Below are positions 1-10,300 of a DNA stretch of 32,000 nucleotides, one piece after another. The stretch is taken from the NCBI RefSeq assembly GCF_054888695.1, contig NZ_CM142671.1; one strand, written 5' to 3'. Under the pieces are notes generated by a model, which was given only the letters and a program-made list of their open reading frames with translations, did not search any database and had not been told where the DNA came from. A program made the translations under genes and the position numbers. Position 1 is the stretch's first letter. Every line of letters starts with the position of its first letter.

Positions 1-138
1 TTGATCAGGTATTGTTCTTATCTTGTTGTTATTTCCATTATTCCGCCTGTATTCATCATTTGCTAATCATGAATCATCATTTTCCCTCATGTTAAAGAAA
101 GGTCATTTAATCTGAACGCATAGCGACAGGGATGACAA

Positions 139-1302
139 ATGGCAGGGAAAGCGCATGGGAATGGCGATCGTCGGGGCGATAACACCATATGTGGATTGGG
201 GGATCGTTTACGTCGTCTGACCGCCGGTATTTGCCTGATAACACAAACTATTTTCCCTGTTATGGCTGCTGCCCCTACGCATATTAATTCTGCGCACTCG
301 GATACTGCCGTGTCACTGATCCTGCCGAACGTTAAAACTATTCCATATACCCTGGGGGCATTGGAATCGCCATCAACGGTCGCGGCACGCTTTGGTATCA
401 CCGTTGATGAATTACGCCGCCTGAATCAGTTCCGTACCTTTGCGCGGGGCTTTGACAATGTGCGTCAGGGCGATGAAATGGATGTGCCCCTCATTAACAG
501 TAATAGCCCCGAAGCGCGCAACCTGAAAGCAATGCAGATGGAGCGCGACGGCAAAGATCCGCAAATGCAGGTCGCGGAAATGGCGCAGCAAAGCGGAACA
601 CTTTTAGCACGCGATATGGACAGCGAACAGGCGGCGAGTATGGCGCGTGGCTGGGTAGCTTCTTCTGCCTCTGCGCAGGCAACGGACTGGCTCAGTCGTT
701 GGGGAACTGCCCGGGTATCTCTTGGTGTGGATGAAGATTTCAGCCTTAAAAGCTCTTCATTCGAATTTCTCCATCCCTGGTACGAAACGCCGGATAACCT
801 GGTCTTCAGCCAGCACACACTTCATCGTACGGATGATCGCACTCAAACCAACCACGGTATCGGCTGGCGTTATTTCACATCGAGCTGGATGTCTGGCGTC
901 AATATGTTTATCGATCATGACCTGACCCGCTATCACACCCGAACCGGGATGGGCGTTGAATACTGGCGCGATTACCTGAAACTGAGCGGCAACGGTTATC
1001 TGCGCCTCAGTAACTGGCGTAGTGCACCGGAACTCGACAATGACTATGAAGCACGTCCGGCGAACGGGTGGGATCTTCGCGCCGAAGGCTGGTTACCGGC
1101 CTGGCCGCAGCTGGGCGGCAAGCTGGTCTATGAACAATATTATGGCGATGAAGTGGCGCTGTTTGGTAAAGACGAGCGACAAAATGATCCTCACGCGATT
1201 ACCGCAGGTTTGAGTTACACCCCCGTTCCCCGATCTCCTTTAGTGCCGAGCAACGGCAGGGTAAACAGGGGGAAAACGACACCCGAATTGGTATGGAGTT
1301 GA
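139..1302 (+). CDS. N-terminal fragment of the adhesin: signal peptide, LysM-like domain, inverse autotransporter beta-domain; native frame ends about 1230
   Basis: 387-aa ORF. The last ~23 residues (RSPLVPSNGRVNRGKTTPELVWS) look out of frame. Confidence 0.8.
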   Translation: MAGKAHGNGDRRGDNTICGLGDRLRRLTAGICLITQTIFPVMAAAPTHINSAHSDTAVSLILPNVKTIPYTLGALESPSTVAARFGITVDELRRLNQFRTFARGFDNVRQGDEMDVPLINSNSPEARNLKAMQMERDGKDPQMQVAEMAQQSGTLLARDMDSEQAASMARGWVASSASAQATDWLSRWGTARVSLGVDEDFSLKSSSFEFLHPWYETPDNLVFSQHTLHRTDDRTQTNHGIGWRYFTSSWMSGVNMFIDHDLTRYHTRTGMGVEYWRDYLKLSGNGYLRLSNWRSAPELDNDYEARPANGWDLRAEGWLPAWPQLGGKLVYEQYYGDEVALFGKDERQNDPHAITAGLSYTPVPRSPLVPSNGRVNRGKTTPELVWS

Positions 1303-4300
1303 CGTTGCAACCCGGCCATTCACTGCAAAAACAGCTCGATCCGGCTGAAGTTGCAGCACGACGCAGCCTTGTGGGCAGTCGCTATGACCTGGTCGATCGT
1401 AATAACAATATTGTCCTCGAATATCGCAAGAAAGAGCTGGTGCGGCTGACGCTGACCGATCCGTTGAAAGGCAAGCCGGGTGAGGTTAAATCGCTGGTTT
1501 CTTCCTTGCAAACCAAATATGCGCTGAAAGGTTATGACATTGAAGCCGCCTCCCTGCAATCAGCGGGCGGAAAAGTAGCAGTTTCCGGCAAGGATATTCA
1601 GGTCACTATTCCTCCCTACCGATTCACGGCAATGCCTGAAACCGACAACACTTACCCGATAGCGGTTACAGCGGAAGATTCGAAAGGAAATTTCTCCCGG
1701 CGTGAAGAAAGTATGGTGGTCGTGGAAAAACCCACACTAAGCCTCACCGATTCAACGCTTTCTGTCGATCAGCAAATCCTGCTTGCTGATGGAAAATCAA
1801 CCTCAACGCTGACCTATACCGCGCGAGATTCCAGCGGCAAGCCAATCCCAGGTATGACGTTAAAAACACAGGTGAAAGGTTTGCAGGATTTCGCCTTAAG
1901 CGAATGGAAAGACAACGGTAACGGAACCTATACCCAAATAGTTACCGCCGGGAAGACGTCTGGCGCGTTATCGCTGATGCCGCAATTTAACGGCGACGAT
2001 ATCGCTAAGACGCCAGCGCTGATTGCTATCGTGGCGAATACGGCATCCCGCGCTGACTCCACGATTGAGACAGACCAGGATAATTACGTCGCGGGTAAGC
2101 CGATAGTCGTTAAAGTGACCCTGAGAGATGATAACGGCAACGGGGTTACCGGACGAAAAGAACTTCTCAAACAAACCGTTAAAGTTGACAACACGAAGGC
2201 TGATGACGTTAGTGCCTGGACGGAAGAAAGTGAGGGAATTTACAAAGCAAGCTATACGGCCCATCTCATTGGCGACAAATTAACGGCCCAGCTGACGATG
2301 CCCGGCTGGCAAACCAAACATTCGGATGCGTTCAGTATTGCGGGTGATAAAGATACCGCCAAAATCGCTGCGATGCAGATCACCGCGAATAACGCAGTTG
2401 CCAGACGCGATCACAATACCGTCGCTGTGACGGTCAGGGATGTGCATCAAAATTTACTGCAGGGACAAAATGTTACCTTCACGGTCGTGAATGGTGCGGC
2501 GGTTTTTGCCGATCCAAATGGCGGTATTGTGACGACAGATAAAGACGGGATTGCCAGAGTTAACCTTGCCAGTGACCAGGCGGTAAATAGTCTTATCAAG
2601 GCCGAGATCAATGGCAGTAGTCAGTCTGTGGAAGTGAGCTTTATCACTGGCGATATCTCGCAGCTGACCTCCACCATTAAGACAGACGATGTGTCATACA
2701 CCGCGGGTGGCAAGATAAAAGTGTCAGTTACCCTTATGGATGAGCAGAAAAACCTGGTGAAAGGGATGGCTTCGCTGCTGGCGGGTAGCAGTGTGGTCGA
2801 GGTGAGCGGTACAGATAAAAATGAAACGGGTAACTGGAGCGAAGAGTCTGATGGCGTTTACACCACCACCCGAACCGCGAAGATTGCTGGCGATCGCCAT
2901 TACGCCACGCTGAAACTATCGACATGGAGTAGCGCGCAGCAATCCGATGCGTATGCCATCCGCGAAAGCGGAGCTGTGCTGGCTTATTCCTCCATCGTTA
3001 CCGACAAAACGGCCTACACCGCGGGCGGTGCGATAAAAGTTACGGTAACACTCAAGGATAGCTATGAAAACCTGGTCGGGGGGCAACGAGACGCTATCAA
3101 CCTGGCTATCCAGCTGCCAAATACAAAAGCGGAAAGCATCGCCTGGAATGAAGATCAAAAAGGAATTTATACCGCAACGTATACCGCCTTACTCCCTGGC
3201 ACCGGTTTAAAAGCACAGCTACAGATGTCCGGCTGGGCGAACGCTCTGACTTCAAATGATTACAGTATTAGTGGCGATGCCGCCAGCGCACAAATTGTCG
3301 CGATGCAAGTGACAACGGGTAACCCGGATGTGCTGGCGAATGGCAGCGATCGACATACGGTGAATGTCCGGGTGGAAGATCAGTTTGGCAATGTGCTGCC
3401 GGAGCAGACCGTCACCTTTACGGTGACGAAGGGGGCGGCTGTATTTGCCAATGCAGGGCAGAGCGCAGATATCAGGACGGATGCGCATGGCATGGCAGAG
3501 GTTGATCTGAGCAGTACCGTCGCGGATGCCAGCACTGTTGAGGCTAAGATCAATCAAAGCAGCGATAGTAAAACGGTGAACTTTGTTGCTGATGTTAGCA
3601 CGGCGCAAGTCGCGGAGCTGGTGGTGACGCAGGACGGCTCAGTGGCAGATGGCGCGACGGCGAACACGCTGCGGGCGAGGGTCACCGATGCGTTCGGGAA
3701 TGCACTTGCCGGGCAGACGGTTAGCGTGTTGGCAGGCAACGGCGCAACGACTGCTCCGACGGTCACCACGCAGCCGGATGGCACGGTGGAGATCAGTGTC
3801 ACCAGCCAGACCGCCGGAACCAGTGTGATCACTGCCAGCGTCAACAGCAGTACCGCGAGCCGGAACGTGACGTTTGTTGCAGATGTCAGGACGGCGAAGA
3901 TCGCTGATCTGGTGGTCATTAAGGACGGCTCAGTGGCTGACGGCGCAATGGCGAACACGCTGCGGGTGAAGATCACCGATGCATTCGGTAATACGCTTGC
4001 CGGGCAGACAGTCAGCGTGTTGGCGGACAACGGTGCCACGACTGCTCCGACGGTCACCACGCAGCCGGACGGCACGGTGGAAATCAGTGTCACCAGCCAG
4101 ACGGCGGGAGTCAGTGCAGTCACTGCAACCATCAACAACAGCAGCCTGAGCCGGAACGTGACGTTTGTCGCCGATGTCAGGACGGCGCAGATCGCGAGTC
4201 TGGAGGTGACGCAGGATAACTCAGTGGCTGACGGCACAATGGCGAACACGCTGCGGGTGAAGATCACCGATGCATTCGGTAATACGCTGGGCGGGCAGAC

Positions 4301-7300
4301 AGTCAGCGTGTTGGCGGACAACGGTGCCACGACTGCTCCGACGGTCACCACGCAGCCGGACGGCACGGTGGAAATCAGTGTCACCAGCCAGACGGCGGGA
4401 GTCAGTGCAGTCACTGCAACCATCAACAGCAGTACTCAGAGTCAGAACGTGACATTTATCGCCGATGTCAGGACGGCGAAGATCGCTGATCTGGTGGTCA
4501 TTAAGGACGGTTCAGAGGCAGACGGTGCGACGGCGAACACGCTGCGGGCGAGGGTGACCGATGCGTTCGGTAATACGCTTGCCGGGCAGACGGTCAGCGT
4601 GATGGCAGGCAACGGCGCAACGGTTGCCCCAACGGTGATTACAGAGCCGGACGGCACGGCGGAGATCAGTGTCACCAGCCAGACGGCGGGAGTCAGTGCA
4701 GTCACCGCCAGCATCAACAACAGCAGCCAGAGCCGGGATGTGACGTTTATCGCGGATGTCAGAACGGCGAAGATCGCTGATCTGGTGGTCACCCGGGATA
4801 ACTCAGTGGCAGACGGTGCAATGGCGAACACGCTGCGGGTGAGGGTCACAGATGCGTTCGGGAATACGCTTGCCGGGCAGACGGTCAGCGTGTTGGCGGA
4901 TAACGGCGCAACGGTCGCTCCGACGGTCATCACAGGGCAGGACGGCACGGTGGAGATCAGTGTCACCAGCCAGACGGCGGGGATCAGTACAGTCACTGCA
5001 ACCATCAACAACAGCAGCCTGAGCCGGAACGTGACGTTTGTCGCGGATGTCAGGACGGCGCAGATCGCTGATCTGGTGGTCATTAAGGACGGCGCAGTGG
5101 CTGACGGCGCAATGGCGAACACGCTGCGGGTGGAGGTCACCGATGCATTCGGGAATGCACTTGCCGGACAGACGGTCAGCGTGACGGCAGACAACAGCGC
5201 AACGGTCACTCCGACGGTCACCACGCAGCCGGACGGGACGGTGGAGATCTCTGTCACCAGCCAGACCGCCGGAATCAGTGCGGTCACTGCCAGCATTAAC
5301 AGCAGCAGCCAGAGCCGGAATGTCACGTTTGTCGCCGATGTCAGGACGGCGCAGATCGCGGATCTGGTGGTGACGCAGGACGACTCAGTGGCAGACGGTG
5401 CAATGGCGAACACGCTGCGGGTGAGGGTGACGGATGCGTTCGGTAATGTGCTTGCCGGACAGACGGTCAGCGTGTTGGCAGGCAACGGTGCCACGACTGC
5501 TCCGACGGTCACCACGCAGCCGGATGGCACGGTGGAGATCAGTGTCACCAGCCAGACCGCCGGAATCAGTGCGGTCACTGCAACCATCAACAACAGCACC
5601 GCGAGCCAGAACGTGATGTTTATCGCCGATGTCAGGACGGCGAAGATCGCTGATCTGGTGGTCACCCGGGATAACTCAGTGGCTGACGGCACAATGGCGA
5701 ACACGCTGCGGGTGAAGATCACCGATGCATTCGGTAATACGCTGGGCGGGCAGACAGTCAGCGTGTTGGCGGACAACGGTGCCACGACTGCTCCGACGGT
5801 CACCACGCAGCCGGACGGCACGGTGGAAATCAGTGTCACCAGCCAGACGGCAGGCACCAGTGCGGTCACCGCCAGTATCAACAGCAGCAGCCAGAGCCGG
5901 GATGTGACGTTTATCGCCGATGTCAGAACGGCGAAGATTGCTGATCTGGTGGTCATTAAGGACGGCTCAGTGGCTGACGGCGCAATGGCGAACATGCTCA
6001 GGGCGAGGGTAACCGATGCATTCGGTAATACGCTTGCCGGGCAGACAGTCAGCGTGTTGGCGGACAACGGTGCCACGACTGCTCCGACGGTCACCACGCA
6101 GCCGGACGGCACGGTGGAAATCAGTGTCACCAGCCAGACGGCAGGCACCAGTGCGGTCACCGCCAGTATCAACAGCAGTACCGCGAGCCGGAACGTGACG
6201 TTTGTTGCAGATGTCAGGACGGCGAAGATCGCTGATCTGGTGGTCATTAAGGACGGCTCAGTGGCTGACGGCGCAATGGCGAACACGCTGCGGGTGAAGA
6301 TCACCGATGCATTCGGTAATACGCTTGCCGGGCAGACAGTCAGCGTGTTGGCGGACAACGGTGCCACGACTGCTCCGACGGTCACCACGCAGCCGGACGG
6401 CACGGTGGAAATCAGTGTCACCAGCCAGACCGCCGGAATCAGTGCGGTCACTGCAACCATCAACAACAGCACCGCGAGCCAGAACGTGATGTTTATCGCC
6501 GATGTCAGGACGGCGAAGATCGCTGATCTGGTGGTCACCCGGGATAACTCAGTGGCTGACGGCGCAATGGCGAACACGCTGCAAGTGAAGGTTACCGATG
6601 CTAACGGTAATACGCTTGCCGGGCAGACGGTCAGCGTGTTGGCGGACAACAGCGCAACGACTGCCCCGACGGTAATCACAGAGCCGGACGGTATGGTGGA
6701 GATCAGTGTCACCAGCCAGACGGCGGGCACCAGTGCGGTCACCGCCAGCATCAACAACAGCAGCCTGAGCCAGAGCGTGAAGTTTATTGCCGATGTCAGC
6801 ACGGCGCAGATCGCGATGCTGGAGGTGACGCAGGATAACGCGGTGGCAGACGGCGCAATGGCGAACACGTTGCAGGTGAAGGTGACCGATGCGTTCGGGA
6901 ATGCACTTTCCGGACAGACGGTCAGCGTGTTGGCAGGCAACGGTGCAACGGTTGCCCCAACGGTGATTACAGAGCCGGACGGCACGGCGGAGATCCCTGT
7001 CACCAGCCAGACGGCGGGAGTCAGTGCAGTCACCGCCAGCATCAACAGCAGCAGCCAGAGCCGGAACGTGACGTTTGTCGCCGATGTCAGGACGGCGCAG
7101 ATCGCTGATCTGGTGGTCATTAAGGATGGTTCAGAGGCGGACGGTGCGACGGCGAACACGCTGCGGGCGAGGGTGACCGATGCGTTCGGCAATGCACTTG
7201 CCGGGCAGACGGTCAGCGTGTTGGCGGACAACGGCGCAACGACTGCCCCGACGGTCATCACAGAGCCGGACGGTACGGTGGAGATCTCAGTCACCAGCCA

Positions 7301-10300
7301 GACCGCCGGAACCAGTGCGGTCACCGCCAGCATCAACAACAGCAGCCAGAGCCGAAACGTGACGTTTATCGCCGATGTCAGGACGGCGCAGATCGCGGAT
7401 CTGGTGGTCATTAAGGACGGTTCAGAGGCGGACGGTGCGACGGCGAACACGCTACGGGCGAGGGTGACCGATGCATTCGGTAATGCGCTTGCCGGGCAGA
7501 CGGTCAGCGTGTTGGCAGGCAACGGCGCAACGGTTGCCCCGACTGTCATCACAGGGCAGGACGGTACGGTGGAGATCTCAGTCACCAGCCAGACGGCGGG
7601 AGTCAGTGCAGTCACTGCGACCATCAACAACAGCAGCCAGAGCCGGAACGTGACGTTTGTCGCCGATGTCAGGACGGCGCAGATCGCGGATCTGGTGGTC
7701 ATTAAGGACGGTTCAGAGGCGGACGGTGCGACGGCGAACACGCTACGGGCGAGGGTGACCGATGCATTCGGTAATGCGCTTGCCGGGCAGACGGTCAGCG
7801 TGTTGGCAGGCAACGGCGCAACGGTTGCCCCGACTGTCATCACAGGGCAGGACGGTACGGTGGAGATCTCAGTCACCAGCCAGACGGCGGGAGTCAGTGC
7901 AGTCACTGCGACCATCAACAACAGCAGCCAGAGCCGGAACGTGACGTTTGTCGCCGATGTCAGGACGGCGCAGATCGCGGACCTGGTGGTCATTAAGGAC
8001 GACTCAGTGGCAGACGGTTCGACGGCGAACACGCTGCGGGCGAGGGTGACCGATGCGTTCGGGAACATGCTAGCCGGGCAGACGGTCAGCGTGTTGGCGG
8101 ACAACGGCGCAACGACTGCCCCGACGGTCATCACAGAGCCGGACGGGACGGTGGAGATCTCTGTCACCAGCCAGACCGCCGGAATCAGTGCGGTCACCGC
8201 CAGCATCAACAACAGCAGCCAGAGCCGGAACGTCACGTTTATCGCCGATGTCAGAATGGCGCAGATCGCGAGTCTGGAGGTGACGCAGGATAACTCAGTG
8301 GCTGACGGCACAATGGCGAACACGCTGCAGGTGAAGGTCACCGATGCTAACGGGAATGCACTTGCCGGGCAGACGGTCAGCGTGTTGGCGGACAACGGCG
8401 CAACGATCGCCCCGACGGTCACCACGCAGCCGGACGGTACGGTGGAGATCTCTGTTACCAGCCAGACGGCGGGGATCAGTACTGTCACAGCCAGCATCAA
8501 CAACAGCAGTCTGAGCCGGAACGTGACATTTATCGCCGATGTCAGCACGGCGAAGATCGCTGATCTGGTGGTCATTAAGGATGGTTCAGAGGCAGACGGT
8601 TCGACGGCGAATACGCTGCAGGTGAAGGTCACCGATGCTAACGGTAATACGCTTGCCGGACAGACGGTCAGCGTGTTGGCAGGCAACAGCGCAACGGTCA
8701 CTCCGACGGTGACCACCAAGCCGGACGGCACGGTGGAGATATCTGTAACCAGCCAGACGGCGGGAATCAGTGCAGTCACTGCCAGCATCAACAGCAGCAG
8801 TCAGAGCCGGGACGTGACATTTATCGCCGATGTCAGGACAGCGAAGATCGCTGAACTGGAGGTCATCCGGGATAACGCGGTGGCAGACGGTTCGACGGCG
8901 AATACGCTGCAGGTGAAGGTCACCGATGCTAACGGTAATGCGCTTGCCGGGCAGACGGTCAGCGTGTTGGCGGACAACGGCGCAACGGTTGCTCCGACGG
9001 TGATTACAGAGCCGGACGGCACGGTGGAGATATCTGTAACCAGCCAGACGGCGGGAATCAGTGCAGTCACTGCCAGCATCAACAGCAGCAGTCAGAGCCG
9101 GGACGTGACATTTATCGCCGATGTCAGGACAGCGAAGATCGCTGAACTGGAGGTCATCCGGGATAACGCGGTGGCAGACGGTTCGACGGCGAATACGCTG
9201 CAGGTGAAGGTCACCGATGCTAACGGTAATACGCTTGCCGGACAGACGGTCAGCGTGTTGGCGGGCAACAGCGCAACGGTTGCTTCGACGGTGACCACAA
9301 AGCCGGACGGCACGGTGGAGATCAGTGTCACCAGCCAGACGGCGGGCACCAGTACAGTCACCGCCAGCATCAACAACAGTAGCCAGAGCCAGAACGTCAC
9401 CTTTGTACCTGGTGATGCATCGCGGCTCACTTCAACCGTTGAAACAAATAAGTCGAACTATACGGTTGGAGAGACAATCACCATCACGGTAACGCTCCGG
9501 GATGCGTTCGATAATCTGGTAACCGGTGCAGCTTCACAGTTAGCCGCTGATGGTGTGCTGACGGTGGCTGGCACTGACCCGTCAGAAACGGGAAGCTGGG
9601 TTGAATCAGGTGGCGTGTATACCACAACCCGAATGGCGACGATTGCCAGTACCAATCAGCACGCCAACCTGCAATTGCAGACGTGGAGTGATGGCGTAAC
9701 GTCAGATCGCTATGACATACAGTCCGGTTCTCCGGCGCAAGCCACATCAACTATCGCTACGGATAAAAACGCCTACACCGCTGGTGACACTATAACCGTC
9801 GCTGTGACGCTGAAAGACGCGCACGGTAACCTGGTTGAAGGGGGCGAGTCCTTATTGTCTGGTGATAACGTAACAGTAGAAGGAGCCGTACGTTCAGGAG
9901 GATGGTCTGAAACCGCCGGTGTTTATACTGCTACATGGTCGGCGCAAATGGCGGGAGACTCTCACCACGCGACGCTGAAGTTGTCTGAATGGGGCAGCAG
10001 TAAACAATCAGAGAGTTATTCCATCCACAGCGGTGCTCCGGTGCAGGCAAATTCTGCTATCAGGACAGATAAATCGGCATATATCGCCGGGGAGCCATTA
10101 ACCGTCACAATAACGTTGCGGGATGAGTTTGGTAACCCTGCTTTAGGGCTGACATCAGAAGTCATCGAGTCTTATATTGATAGTTTCGCGGTAGGCGGCG
10201 CAACTCCCGATTCTATGCGGTGGGTCGAGCAGAATAATGGTGAATATACCATTGTCTGGACAGCATGGGTTGCCGAGGAAAATCTGGTTGCCAGTCTGAA

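Noticed and set aside
87-401. 104-aa minus-strand ORF over the adhesin start
   Set aside because: Overlaps the signal-peptide/LysM coding region antisense; low-complexity translation with no family resemblance.
1293-1295. ATG at 1293 as the true start of a separate 3421-aa gene
   Set aside because: The frame is open upstream with conserved barrel-end sequence (ISFSAEQRQGKQGENDTRIG), so this Met is internal to the ancestral protein.
5434-7944. Series of 60-aa plus-strand ORFs (5434, 5725, 6016, 6307, 7180, 7471, 7762)
   Set aside because: Alternate-frame artefacts recurring at 291-bp multiples within the adhesin repeats.
4442-8791. 1449-aa minus-strand ORF as a real protein gene
   Set aside because: It lies wholly antisense to the 291-bp adhesin repeats and repeats with the same period; nothing in its translation resembles a known family. 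Kept only as a finding about antisense open frames.
3612-9431. Tandem repeats as a CRISPR array or noncoding minisatellite
   Set aside because: Units are 291 bp, contiguous without spacers, and translate in frame as Ig-like domains.
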